A DNA stretch of 64,000 bases, from assembly GCA_028719205.1 (NCBI GenBank), contig JAQUKH010000003.1, positions 1 through 64,000 of the forward strand. The letters are read 5' to 3'. Position numbers and translations under genes: made by a program. The notes under the pieces are model-generated. The model ran no database searches and had not been told where the DNA came from. It saw only the letters and a list, made by a program, of their open reading frames with translations. This DNA comes from a bacterium (lineage in GTDB: Bacteria > JACRDZ01 > JAQUKH01). This document shows, piece by piece, positions 38,131 through 48,032 of the stretch (position 1 is the stretch's first letter; every line of letters begins with the position of its first letter).

Positions 38131-38919
38131 ATGAAAAAAATGAAACTGGGTATATTTTTGAGTTTGATTATGGCTATGTTTGCAATATCAACTGCATCCG
38201 CGGATATAATTAAGTGGACAGATTGGGAAACAGCCACACTTTATAATCCCGTTACCCTCACTAATGGAACAGCCTCTGGTACAATGGCAGGTGTGGGAGT
38301 GACTTATAGCGGAGATCTTACATTTGCACAGTTGGGTGGTGGAGCTGGAGTTGGTTATATTAATCCTGGTTCAACTTTACCTCTAAAAGGTTATTCAACT
38401 AATTTTTGGACAGAACCAAGACCAGGTACTGGACCGTACAATGGCAGGCCGTACACCGGTAATCCATATGTAAGCAATGCGCCTACACCAGCAGAGATGA
38501 TTGCAATATCTTTAAGTGGAATTACTAATACAATCACTTTTGATAGAGCAGTACTTAATCCGATAATGACAATATTAAGTCAAGGCAATTATTATTCTCC
38601 AACCCCTACGGAAGTTGCATACGCTTTTGATATGCCGTTTGAACTTCTTAGTCAAGGTCGGGGATACTGGGGCTATGACCAGAACGGTGCTAGAATCTCT
38701 CTAGATAATAAGACTTTATATGGTGAAGAGTTACACGCTGCTATAAGGTTTAATGGCTTAGTAACTTCAATTAGTTGGGTAGCCAGTCCAGAGGAATATT
38801 GGCACGGATTTACGGTGGGTATTCCAATGGTTCCTGAACCAGGTACAATGTTTTTACTTGGCAGTTTAGCAACAGGTTTATTTGGTTTTGCTGGATTACG
38901 CAAGAGATTTACAAAGTAA
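38131..38919 (+). CDS. PEP-CTERM surface protein 1
   Basis: Signal peptide, Thr/Gly/Ser-rich body, and C-terminal VPEPGTMFLLGSLATGLFGFAGLRKRFTK. Start ATG 38131 behind AGGGGGTG. Confidence 0.92.
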   Translation: MKKMKLGIFLSLIMAMFAISTASADIIKWTDWETATLYNPVTLTNGTASGTMAGVGVTYSGDLTFAQLGGGAGVGYINPGSTLPLKGYSTNFWTEPRPGTGPYNGRPYTGNPYVSNAPTPAEMIAISLSGITNTITFDRAVLNPIMTILSQGNYYSPTPTEVAYAFDMPFELLSQGRGYWGYDQNGARISLDNKTLYGEELHAAIRFNGLVTSISWVASPEEYWHGFTVGIPMVPEPGTMFLLGSLATGLFGFAGLRKRFTK

Positions 38920-38973
38920 GTTAGTTGTGTTGAATGAGTCTTAAAAGACTCTAATTATTAATAAATAGAGTAA

Positions 38974-39004
38974 GAGAGAGGGTGTTTTAATAATACCCTC
39001 TCTC
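38974..39004. terminator. Intergenic hairpin between PEP-CTERM genes 1 and 2
   Basis: GAGAGAGGGTGTT...AATACCCTCTCTC. The U-tract is weak. Confidence 0.45.
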
Positions 39005-39112
39005 CTCATCTTTCTGGAAGCTAAGGGGATTAGAATATGAAAAAAAATAATTGTTTTTCATATTATAATGTGTTTAGTTATACATTATTAATAAAAATGT
39101 GAGGGATGAAAA

Positions 39113-39827
39113 ATGAAAAAAACATTACTGATTTTAGCTGTATGCGGATTTATTATTGCTGTTTCGTCTTCCGCTTTTGCGTATAGTTTTACGTTTACCG
39201 GAGGTAGTGGTGATGCTTTAGCGGAAATGGATCTTACGATTTCCGGTAATACGTTAAATATAATGTTGGATAATACATCTCCAAAGTATTCGGTTTTAGA
39301 CAGTACACACCTAAATATAGCCGCTATTACGGAATTTGGTTTTGATTTTGACAGTACTTCTGGACCTATTCAAACTCCTTCACCATGGCAAATGTCAGCA
39401 TACAGATATATTAATGGTGCATTATCTGATTCTGCAATTGTAATTGGCGGCAATCCAAATGCCAATCTTAATAAATGGACAATATCTTATGATCGTAATT
39501 TCCCTGGTGCTGGTATGAAATTAGACTACGTACCTGAAAATGGGATTGGAAATAAGAATGCTTTATATAATCCATTACTAGCTGGACAGTCTNNNNNNNN
39601 NNACAACTGCTTATTTAACAATGACTTTTGCTAATCCTTTTGAAGTTAATTTATCATCCATATGGTTAAAAATGCAGAGGGTCGGGCCTAATGAGAATAG
39701 TTTTGAAATGAATGGAGTGCCGCAAGAGCATCCACAAGTTCCAGAACCGGGTACAATGTTTTTATTGGGGAGTTTAGCTACAGGCTTATTTGGTTTCGCG
39801 GGATTACGCAAGAGATTTACAAGGTAA
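39113..39827 (+). CDS. PEP-CTERM surface protein 2 (single gene interrupted by a scaffold gap)
   Basis: Signal peptide at 39113. After the 10 Ns the frame resumes as TTAYLTMTFANP...VPEPGTMFLLGSLATGLFGFAGLRKRFTR. Confidence 0.85.
39593..39602. other. Assembly gap (10 N)
   Basis: Run of n characters. Confidence 0.99.
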
Positions 39828-39876
39828 GACAATTATCTGACAATATTGTGATTGTTACTTTCAAGGGGGATGGAAA

Positions 39877-40716
39877 ATGAAAAAATTATTGTTTTTGGTT
39901 ATTATAATGATGTTGAGTATTTATTCAGGGGCTTACGCGTCTCGGCTTTCAGTATTTGATTCAAGTTGGACACAATTTGCTGATGATGATGGATACCGGG
40001 GATGTACTGAAGGTTATGTTAATCCCGGGTATGGTGGACAGTTGTTTGATGCTGAATATCTTTTTTATAAACTTCAGGGCAGTATCCTTTCAATCGGATT
40101 ACAAACAGGTTTTAATTTAAATACCGGAAAAGTTACTTATGATAATGTTAATTATTATGCGGGTGATTTAGCACTGTCTTTTGACGGGAACTCCTCAACT
40201 TATGAATATGCGGCGGATTTTGGACTTTATACCAAAGATTATGTAACACCTGCTCCCGTTGGCGGTAATAAGGCTTCAGGGATCGATACGGCTGGAATAT
40301 ATAGAGTTAATAATCCTGGGACAACCGGATGGAACAAAGATGTTTATTTTACAGCCAGCAATCCATTTGCGATGAAATCTGGAAATCTTCTTACCGCGTT
40401 TGATAGTTCAACAAATTTAACCGGCAGTGACAGCACGACAGTTTATCATACTCATGTAGGTTCATATACGTATTATTATGGCGGATATAGTTATTATAGA
40501 ATAGTCAGCTTCCCTGTTACTCTTATATCTGAAATATCGGACAAGACAATTAATCTTGCCGCTCATTGGACCATGTCCTGTGGTAATGATGTTTTAAACG
40601 GCTCAGCGATAATTCAACGTCCTGTTGTGCCGGAACCCGATACGATGTTTTTACTTGGCAGTTTAGCGACCGGATTGTTTGGTTTGGCTGGATTACGCAA
40701 GAGATTTACAAAATAA
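39877..40716 (+). CDS. PEP-CTERM surface protein 3
   Basis: Signal peptide, PGYGGQLFDAE and HWTMSCGND motifs, and C-terminal VPEPDTMFLLGSLATGLFGLAGLRKRFTK. Confidence 0.92.
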   Translation: MKKLLFLVIIMMLSIYSGAYASRLSVFDSSWTQFADDDGYRGCTEGYVNPGYGGQLFDAEYLFYKLQGSILSIGLQTGFNLNTGKVTYDNVNYYAGDLALSFDGNSSTYEYAADFGLYTKDYVTPAPVGGNKASGIDTAGIYRVNNPGTTGWNKDVYFTASNPFAMKSGNLLTAFDSSTNLTGSDSTTVYHTHVGSYTYYYGGYSYYRIVSFPVTLISEISDKTINLAAHWTMSCGNDVLNGSAIIQRPVVPEPDTMFLLGSLATGLFGLAGLRKRFTK

Positions 40717-40746
40717 TAAAGAAGGAAAACATATATATACCAATAT

Positions 40747-40780
40747 AAGAGAGGACATTGTAAAAGATGTCCTCTCTTTT
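40747..40780. terminator. Terminator between convergent PEP-CTERM and TPR genes
   Basis: AAGAGAGGACAT-8 nt-ATGTCCTCTCTTTT. Confidence 0.75.
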
Positions 40781-40801
40781 CTATTTGTTAATAAGAAAAC
40801 C

Positions 40802-42871
40802 CTATTTAATTGAATTCAGTAATTTTCTTGCAGGTTCAGCATCAGGAAAGTTTGGAGATATGTCTAACGCGGCCTTTAATTCTTTTTGAGCTTCAGCAGT
40901 TTTCCCTAATTTAGAATACGTCATTCCCAAATGGTAACGAATACTTGGATTCTTAGGCATTTGTTCTACCGACTTTTTAAAAACATTTAAAGCCTCTTCA
41001 TAATTGCCTTTTTGAAAATAAACAAAACCCAAAGTATCAAGAATTGCGCCTTGTTTTGGAGATATTATAATGGCTTTTAACGCGTATTCCAAGGCTTTAT
41101 CAAGATTTTTATTTTCTTTAGCGTAAAGATAAGCCAGATTATTATATGGTACCGGAGAAGGTTGTTTTACTTTTTCTGTTAGCTTTATAGTCTCTTCGTA
41201 TTCTTTAATCGCCAGATCGTTCTTGTTTTGTATCTCATAGATAGTGGCCAGCGCGAAATGAAATTGCGGGAATTTAGGCTCAACAGCAATTCCTTTGTTG
41301 AAATAATTAACAGCATTTTCAACATCTTTTTTCCTCATATATAGATTAGCTATAGTCTGATAAGCCGGCAGATATTTTTCATTAATTTTTATAACTTCCT
41401 CGATTTTTTTAATAGCCAGATCATATTTTTCCTGCATTTCATATATTGAAGCAAGATTCATTCTGGCTGAAATGCTTTTTGGATTAGTTTTAATGGCATT
41501 TTCTAAACTTGACGAGGCTTGCGGAAAATCTTTTTTATTAAGTGACGCAAGGCTGATCATTGTCTGGGCAACTAAATTATTTGGGTCAACCGCAATAGCT
41601 TTTCTAGCGATTCTAATAGATTCATCATTTAAGCCTTTTCTTAAATAGAGGGAAGAAAGCGTAAGTATTGAATAAATAGATTTAGGATTTTCCTCAACCT
41701 TTTTCTTAAATTCATCAAGAACAATATCCACATTCCCTTTTGCAAGATAAGCGTTTAAAAGCAGGTTTTGAGCCTGCACATCTTCGGGCTTTTTTTCCAA
41801 TATTTTATGTCCTTCCAAAAGCGCCTGATCATATAATTCCTTTTTTATGAATAACATTCCTATGCTATAGTGCGCCCCGGAATGGTCGGGATCGATTTTT
41901 ATAGCTTCCTTAAATTCGTTCATTGCCTGTTCTTCCTGTCCTGCTCCCTGCAGGGCAATTCCAAGTACATAATGAGCTTCAGCAGAAGGGGATATTTCAA
42001 TTATTTTCCATATATATTCAGTGGCTTCTTTATATTTCATTTGATAAATTAATCCCATTGCTATTGCTTGATATATAGCAGGATTATTTGGATAGATTCC
42101 TAATAGTGCTTTTCCTTGAGCAATGGCCTGGTCATATTTGCCTGTTTTATTATAAATATCAGCTAACATCAGGTTTGCTGGTAAGTAACTGGGATTCTTT
42201 TTTAATGCGATTTTAAATTCAATCAGCGCATTGTCAATGTCTTTTTGCGCAAGGAATAATTCTCCTTTAACTGTATGGACGGCCGAGTTGTCAGGCGACA
42301 TTTTTAAGGCTTTGTTAACTTCTTCTTTAGCTTTTTCAATATTATTTATCTGCTGGTACATCTCAGCCAGGATCAAATAAGGTGTTACGGAATCAGGGGC
42401 GATAGTTTTAGCTTTTTCAAGTAATTTGATGGATTCGTCATATTTTTTCTGGACTATATAAATGTTGGCAATAAGGCTGAACGCAGGTATGTTTGCAGGT
42501 TCTATTTTTAATATTTCTTCACACGCTTTTATACTTTCATCAAAATTTCTTTCAAAAAAATATAAACCCGCTATTGCCAGCCTGGCATCTGTGAGTTTTG
42601 GATTTAATTTAACTGTTTCCTTAAATTCTTCTATAGCAAGTTTGTTTTGTCCCAGATCTTTGTATGTTAGCCCTAAATAATAATGAGCGTCCGCGAAACC
42701 GGGATCTAATTTGATGGCTTTCTTAAAAGATTCGACAGCTTCAGGTGTTTTTCCGCTTTTAATATAAAGCATACCCTGATCAAGAGCATTTTCTTTTTTA
42801 GATGATAACCCGCATCCTGAAACAAGAAAACACACAAATATAATTCCTGAAATAATCTTATTTTTCGGCAT
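40802..42871 (-). CDS. TPR-repeat lipoprotein, PrsT-like
   Basis: Lipobox LVSG-C and many TPRs. C-terminal YNNLAYLYA...AILDTLGFVYFQKG...IRYHLGM. Adjacent to the PEP-CTERM genes. Confidence 0.8.
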   Translation of the reverse strand: MPKNKIISGIIFVCFLVSGCGLSSKKENALDQGMLYIKSGKTPEAVESFKKAIKLDPGFADAHYYLGLTYKDLGQNKLAIEEFKETVKLNPKLTDARLAIAGLYFFERNFDESIKACEEILKIEPANIPAFSLIANIYIVQKKYDESIKLLEKAKTIAPDSVTPYLILAEMYQQINNIEKAKEEVNKALKMSPDNSAVHTVKGELFLAQKDIDNALIEFKIALKKNPSYLPANLMLADIYNKTGKYDQAIAQGKALLGIYPNNPAIYQAIAMGLIYQMKYKEATEYIWKIIEISPSAEAHYVLGIALQGAGQEEQAMNEFKEAIKIDPDHSGAHYSIGMLFIKKELYDQALLEGHKILEKKPEDVQAQNLLLNAYLAKGNVDIVLDEFKKKVEENPKSIYSILTLSSLYLRKGLNDESIRIARKAIAVDPNNLVAQTMISLASLNKKDFPQASSSLENAIKTNPKSISARMNLASIYEMQEKYDLAIKKIEEVIKINEKYLPAYQTIANLYMRKKDVENAVNYFNKGIAVEPKFPQFHFALATIYEIQNKNDLAIKEYEETIKLTEKVKQPSPVPYNNLAYLYAKENKNLDKALEYALKAIIISPKQGAILDTLGFVYFQKGNYEEALNVFKKSVEQMPKNPSIRYHLGMTYSKLGKTAEAQKELKAALDISPNFPDAEPARKLLNSIK

Positions 42872-42988
42872 AATTTTAATTAATAATATCAGTTTTTATT
42901 TTAAAAGTAAAGAATATTTTTGTTTGTACCGAAATAATGCGTTATAGATGAGGTTGTTGTGTTTTTGTTTATTTTATTTAATAAGTTA

Positions 42989-43017
42989 TTGACTTAATAT
43001 TTTATTTAATTTATAAT
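42989..43017 (+). promoter_or_regulatory. sigma70-type promoter upstream of rny
   Basis: TTGACT-17 nt-TATAAT. Confidence 0.6.
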
Positions 43018-43284
43018 ATACATATTCATATTTTTAATGAAGAAATATGTTTATATATAGATGGTTAGTAGGTACATTCGATTAAAAAATTTATCATATA
43101 TTTGATATTTTCTTTCTATAAAAATATGATAAATGTTAAATTCAGTAATCGGTTTTTATATACTTGGTCTTTATTTGTTTAAGTTTGTTCTTATCGAATT
43201 TCCTGTCTAATCATCATTTCATAACTTCATAATCATCAAATATTTACTGTCATTTTCATATTTTTGAAAGGAGTAATTTTAGTC

Positions 43285-44838
43285 ATGGATAAAATAATTT
43301 ATTTAATATTAGGCGGTGGGATCGGTGTTTTAATAGGTTACTATTTAAGAAAGATGGCTGCGGAGAATAAGGTGGTTTCGGCTGAAAGCAGGGCTAAAAA
43401 AATTGTTGAAGAAGCTGAGAAAGAAGCAGTAAATAAGAAAAAAGAGATCTTATTAGAGACTAAAGATACTTTAATTAAAGAAAAAATAGAACTTGAAAAA
43501 GAATTTAAGGGCAGGCGTACGGAATTAGTCGTATTTGAAAAACGGTTAAGACAAAAGGAAGAAAGTTTAGACCGGAAGACTGATGCTATAGAAAAAAAAG
43601 AAGAAGATATTAATCAAAAACTGAAGGATATTACTAAAAGATTAGAAAATCTTGATCAGAAAGACAAAGAAATTAAAGTATTGATAGAAGAGGAAAGAAA
43701 AAAATTGGAAATGATTTCCGGCTTAACAGTCGAGGATGCTAAAAAGATGCTTTTATTGGAATTAAAAGATGAGGTTACGCATGAATCCGGCCTTATGATA
43801 AAACAGATCCAGGATGAGGCAAAAGAGACAGCTGAAAAGAAGGCGCGTGATATTGTAACATTGGCCATTCAGAGATGCGCGGTTGACCAGGTAGTTGATT
43901 CTACAGTTTCTGTTATTTCACTTCCAAATGAGGAGATGAAGGGAAGGATTATCGGACGTGAAGGAAGAAATATAAGGGCCCTGGAGAACGCCACCGGTAT
44001 TAACTTAATTGTTGATGATACACCTGAGGCGGTAATTTTATCAGGATTTGACAGCGTCCGCAGGGAAATCGCAAGGATTACATTGGAAAAATTAATTTCT
44101 GACGGAAGAATACATCCGGCAAGAATAGAAGAATTAGTTGAAAAGGTTAAAAAAGAGGTTGAGGCTACAATTTATGAAGAAGGTGAAAATGCTGTTTTTG
44201 AAGCAGGCATACGCGGTATACATCCTGAGGAAATAAAGCTTTTGGGCCGTTTGAAATATCGTACAAGTTATGGGCAGAATGTGCTTCAGCATTCAAAAGA
44301 AGTGGCGCATTTAGCCGGAGTATTGGCTTCTGAATTAAAGGTAGATGTCACGATAGCAAAACGCGCGGGGTTGCTCCACGATATAGGAAAAGCAGTTGAC
44401 CATGACCAGGAAGGCACTCACCCTCAGCTTGGCGCGGATCTTGCTAAAAAATATAATGAGGCGCCTGTTATTGTTAACGCGATAGCTTCACACCATGATG
44501 ATATACCTCCGCAAAATATTGAAGCGGTACTTGTTCAGGTGGCAGATTCTATTTCAGGTTCAAGGCCGGGGGCAAGAAGAGAGACTCTTGAAAATTATGT
44601 TAAGAGATTAGAAAAACTGGAAAAAATTGCTGATACATTTGCAGGTGTGGAAAAAGCATTTGCTATTCAGGCCGGCAGGGAAGTAAGGGTAATAGTAAAA
44701 AGCGATATAGTTAATGACACGGATGCCGCGATTTTAGCAAGAGACCTTGCTAAAAAAGTCGAAGCTGAATTGGAATATCCCGGACAGATAAAAATAACGG
44801 TTATAAGGGAAACCAGAGTTGTTGATTACGCTAAATAG
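43285..44838 (+). CDS. rny: Ribonuclease Y
   Basis: N-terminal TM and coiled coil, KH domain ([14 protein letters not shown]) and HD domain (LLHDIGKA). Start ATG 43285 behind AAAGGAG. Confidence 0.97.
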   Translation: MDKIIYLILGGGIGVLIGYYLRKMAAENKVVSAESRAKKIVEEAEKEAVNKKKEILLETKDTLIKEKIELEKEFKGRRTELVVFEKRLRQKEESLDRKTDAIEKKEEDINQKLKDITKRLENLDQKDKEIKVLIEEERKKLEMISGLTVEDAKKMLLLELKDEVTHESGLMIKQIQDEAKETAEKKARDIVTLAIQRCAVDQVVDSTVSVISLPNEEMKGRIIGREGRNIRALENATGINLIVDDTPEAVILSGFDSVRREIARITLEKLISDGRIHPARIEELVEKVKKEVEATIYEEGENAVFEAGIRGIHPEEIKLLGRLKYRTSYGQNVLQHSKEVAHLAGVLASELKVDVTIAKRAGLLHDIGKAVDHDQEGTHPQLGADLAKKYNEAPVIVNAIASHHDDIPPQNIEAVLVQVADSISGSRPGARRETLENYVKRLEKLEKIADTFAGVEKAFAIQAGREVRVIVKSDIVNDTDAAILARDLAKKVEAELEYPGQIKITVIRETRVVDYAK

Positions 44839-44844
44839 AATTCT

Positions 44845-45636
44845 ATGAATATTCTAATAGTTGGCGATATTAACGGAAAAGCAGGCCGCAGGGCGGTTAA
44901 AGAATTATTACCTGTTGTTAAAAAAAAATTTGATATTGATTTTTGTGTGGCGAACGCGGAGAACGCGGCGGGCGGTTTTGGCTTGACATCTGAGATAGCT
45001 TCTAAACTTTTTTCCGATGGGGTTGATGTAATCACTATGGGCAATCATACCTGGGATAATAAAGAGTTAGAAGATATTATCGACTATGAGTCAAGGATCT
45101 TAAGGCCGTTGAATTATTCTCCCGGTAATCCCGGAAGCGGTTCGGTCATTATTGATATAAAAAACACGAAGATAGCGGTAATAAACCTTACGGGCAGGGT
45201 TTTTATGGGGAGTTATGATTGTCCCTTCAGGGCTATAGAAGCAGAATTGAAAAGGCTTAAAGAATGTAATCCGATGGTTATTGTTGATTTCCACGCGGAG
45301 GCTACTTCTGAAAAGATCGCGCTGGGATGGTTTTTAGATGGTAAAGTAAGCGCGATAATAGGTACACATACTCATGTCCAGACCGCCGATGAAACGATCT
45401 TACCCTGTGGAACGGCATATATAACCGATGTTGGTATGACAGGCGCGCACGATTCTGTGATCGGAATAAAAAAAGAATTAGCCATAAAAAAGTTTCTTAC
45501 CCAGATGCCTGTAAAATTTGAGGTTGCTTCTGATGATGTGAGGCTTAACGCTTTATTTGTGCAAGTAAATCCAACGGATAATAAAGCGGAAAAAATAGTC
45601 AGGATCCAGGAAAAGTTAACGCCTGTCACACAGTGA
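44845..45636 (+). CDS. ymdB: YmdB-family metallophosphoesterase
   Basis: GDINGKAGR, NAENAAGG, TMGNHTWD, DFHAEATSEK and GTHTHVQTAD. Follows rny. Confidence 0.92.
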   Translation: MNILIVGDINGKAGRRAVKELLPVVKKKFDIDFCVANAENAAGGFGLTSEIASKLFSDGVDVITMGNHTWDNKELEDIIDYESRILRPLNYSPGNPGSGSVIIDIKNTKIAVINLTGRVFMGSYDCPFRAIEAELKRLKECNPMVIVDFHAEATSEKIALGWFLDGKVSAIIGTHTHVQTADETILPCGTAYITDVGMTGAHDSVIGIKKELAIKKFLTQMPVKFEVASDDVRLNALFVQVNPTDNKAEKIVRIQEKLTPVTQ

Positions 45637-45654
45637 TCCGTTCCGGAAAAACTG

Positions 45655-46866
45655 ATGTTAAATAAAAAAATCCATGTCTATACGGTTAGCGAGATCAACC
45701 AGAGTATAAAACAAATTCTGGAAAGCAATTTCGGTAATATCTGGATAGAAGGTGAGATCTCTAACCTCAGGCAACCCACGTCAGGCCATATCTATTTTTC
45801 TCTCAAAGACAGCCAGAGCCAGATACGGGCAGTTGTATTCAGTTCGTTTTCCCAAAAAACAAGATTTAAGTTAGAAGATGGTATTCATATAATTGCTTCT
45901 TGTTCGCTTAGTTTGTATGAAAAAAGGGGTGAATATCAGGTAATTATTAATTATCTTGAGCCTAAGGGAATTGGCGCGCTGCAATTAGCCTTTGAACAAT
46001 TGAAGAAAAAACTTTTTCAGGAGGGGTTATTTGATCCCTCTCATAAAAAACTTATACCCGTTTTTCCTAAAAAGATCGCTATTGTAACTTCACCGACAGG
46101 AGCGGCTGTCAGAGATTTGATAAATGTTATCAGCCGGAGAGCCCCATGGGTTAAGCTTGTTGTTTATGGTGTTAAAGTCCAGGGAGAGGGCGCGAGGGAA
46201 GAGATAGCGGAGGCTATTTTTAGAGCGAATCAGGATAAAGAGGTGGATCTTTTAATAGTTGGCCGCGGAGGTGGTTCGATCGAAGATCTTTGGCCTTTTA
46301 ATGAAGAGATAGTGGCAAGAAGTATATATAATTCGGATGTACCGGTTATTTCCGCTGTAGGGCATGAGATCGATTTTTGCATCTCGGATTTTACGGCTGA
46401 CCTGCGCGCCCCGACTCCTTCCGCCGCGGGTGAGCTGGCGGTACCCGACAGGAAAGAGTTATTAAGGAAAATAGACGATCTGAATATCCGGATAAGACAA
46501 AGGTTGAATAATTTTATTGATAACAAAAGATTGAGGCTGGATAATTTAATTAATTCGCCGTCTTTTTCAATGCCGATAGAAAAGGTTAATGATTGCCGTC
46601 TGGAAATTGATGATTATTTGGATTCTCTGCAGAGAAATTACCTGCGTAATCTTGAGTTGAAAAAGAGGATGTTTCACGATATAATGAAAAAGTTGAATAT
46701 TTTAAATCCTTTGAATGTTCTTGCCAGGGGTTATTCCCTAAGTTATCTTATGCCGGAAGGGAATTTATTGAAGGATACGTGTCAAATTAAAGTTGGAGAT
46801 AAGATTAAGGTTAGATTATGCAAGGGTGAGATGCTGTGTCTTGTAGAAAAAACAAACCTCCTCTAG
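45655..46866 (+). CDS. xseA: Exodeoxyribonuclease VII large subunit
   Basis: WIEGEISN, SGHIYFSLKD, TSPTGAA, GRGGGSIEDLW and SAVGHE. Confidence 0.96.
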   Translation: MLNKKIHVYTVSEINQSIKQILESNFGNIWIEGEISNLRQPTSGHIYFSLKDSQSQIRAVVFSSFSQKTRFKLEDGIHIIASCSLSLYEKRGEYQVIINYLEPKGIGALQLAFEQLKKKLFQEGLFDPSHKKLIPVFPKKIAIVTSPTGAAVRDLINVISRRAPWVKLVVYGVKVQGEGAREEIAEAIFRANQDKEVDLLIVGRGGGSIEDLWPFNEEIVARSIYNSDVPVISAVGHEIDFCISDFTADLRAPTPSAAGELAVPDRKELLRKIDDLNIRIRQRLNNFIDNKRLRLDNLINSPSFSMPIEKVNDCRLEIDDYLDSLQRNYLRNLELKKRMFHDIMKKLNILNPLNVLARGYSLSYLMPEGNLLKDTCQIKVGDKIKVRLCKGEMLCLVEKTNLL

Positions 46867-46902
46867 TCCCCTCCTTTGTAAGGAGGAGATAAAGGGGTGG
46901 TT
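46855..46902. repeat. REP-like imperfect palindrome, CCCCT/AGGGG family
   Basis: AACCTCCTCTAGTCCCCTCCTT-TGT-AAGGAGGAGATAAAGGGGTGGTT. It overlaps the xseA stop codon. Confidence 0.6.
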
Positions 46903-46919
46903 ATGAAAGGAAGGTCGCG

Positions 46920-47162
46920 GTGAAAATTAAATTTGAAGATGCGATGAAGAAATTGGAAAATATAATTAAAAAATTTGAAACAGAAGAAGTTGACCTTGAT
47001 GATTCGGTAAAATTGTTTGAAGAGGGGATGAAGTTGTCGGTTGAATGTTCGAAAAAACTTGATGAAATTGAAAAGAAAATAGAATTTATTACCAAAAATA
47101 AAAATGGCGAATCTGTAATAAAGTCTTGTAGCCCGGACGGAATCGAGGATAAAGATGATTAA
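46920..47162 (+). CDS. xseB: Exodeoxyribonuclease VII small subunit
   Basis: FEDAMKKLENII...LDDSVKLFEEGM. Confidence 0.93.
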   Translation: MKIKFEDAMKKLENIIKKFETEEVDLDDSVKLFEEGMKLSVECSKKLDEIEKKIEFITKNKNGESVIKSCSPDGIEDKDD

Positions 47163-48024
47163 AAATAATATTACTAGTTATTTGGAAGCGAAAAGAAGAT
47201 TAGTGGATAAGGCTTTAAAAAAAAATCTTCCTAAACTCAGCGAATATCCTCCAATTATTCATGAAGCTATGCATTATAGCGTGTTTTCAGGCGGGAAAAG
47301 GATTAGGCCGGTTCTTTCTATGGCGGTTTATGAATTATTTGATCCTGATCCGAAAAAGATACTTAATTTTGCAAGCGCGATAGAATTTATTCATACATAT
47401 TCTCTGATCCATGACGATCTGCCGTGTATGGATAATGATGATTACCGCCGCGGTAAATTATCATGCCACAAGAAATTTGGAGAAGACATTGCCCTTTTGG
47501 CGGGTGACGCGCTTTTAACTTTGGCTTTTGAGGTATTGAGTTGTACTGATAAAAAAAATTTCTCATCAGAAAAGGTGTTAGAAGTAATAACTGAAGTTTC
47601 CAGGGCTGTTGGAACAAAAGGAATGATAGGCGGGCAGGTAGTTGATTGCCGGACGAAAATGAAAGGGATAGATGTTCCTCTGCTGCAATACATTCATATT
47701 CATAAAACAGGCGAGTTTTTTCTCGCGGCTGTTAAAGCAGGAGCTATTTTGGGAGGAGCAAATAAGGATGAATATTTATGTCTTTCCCGTTTTGGAGAGA
47801 ATATTGGTTTGGCGTTTCAGATCGTAGATGATATACTTGACAAAGATACCGATAATATCCTGGAAAAAAGCAAAATTACTTATCCTGCTGTTTTTGGTGA
47901 ATCGGGATCCCGAAAAAGGGCTAGAGATCTTATTGATACGGCTAAAAAACAGCTTGAAATTTTTGAGGAAAAAGGCGAAATCCTGCAAAATATAGCGGAA
48001 TATATTATTCAAAAGGTTAAATAA
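47155..48024 (+). CDS. ispA: Farnesyl/geranylgeranyl diphosphate synthase
   Basis: GGKRIRP, SLIHDDLPCMDNDDYRRG and FQIVDDILD. Confidence 0.93.
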   Translation: MIKNNITSYLEAKRRLVDKALKKNLPKLSEYPPIIHEAMHYSVFSGGKRIRPVLSMAVYELFDPDPKKILNFASAIEFIHTYSLIHDDLPCMDNDDYRRGKLSCHKKFGEDIALLAGDALLTLAFEVLSCTDKKNFSSEKVLEVITEVSRAVGTKGMIGGQVVDCRTKMKGIDVPLLQYIHIHKTGEFFLAAVKAGAILGGANKDEYLCLSRFGENIGLAFQIVDDILDKDTDNILEKSKITYPAVFGESGSRKRARDLIDTAKKQLEIFEEKGEILQNIAEYIIQKVK

Positions 48025-48032
48025 AAGATAAT

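Noticed and set aside
39113-39827. Apparent frameshift or pseudogene in PEP-CTERM gene 2
   Set aside because: The frame change coincides exactly with a 10-N scaffold gap of arbitrary length.
38830-40716. Three repeated ~90 bp blocks considered as CRISPR repeats, attC sites or a DGR template/variable pair
   Set aside because: They are coding PEP-CTERM tails about 0.9 kb apart with mostly synonymous differences that are not adenine-specific. No cas, integrase or reverse transcriptase gene is in the window.
42872-43284. 6S RNA upstream of rny
   Set aside because: The region is extremely AT-rich, with no long GC-containing rod or recognisable 6S consensus.
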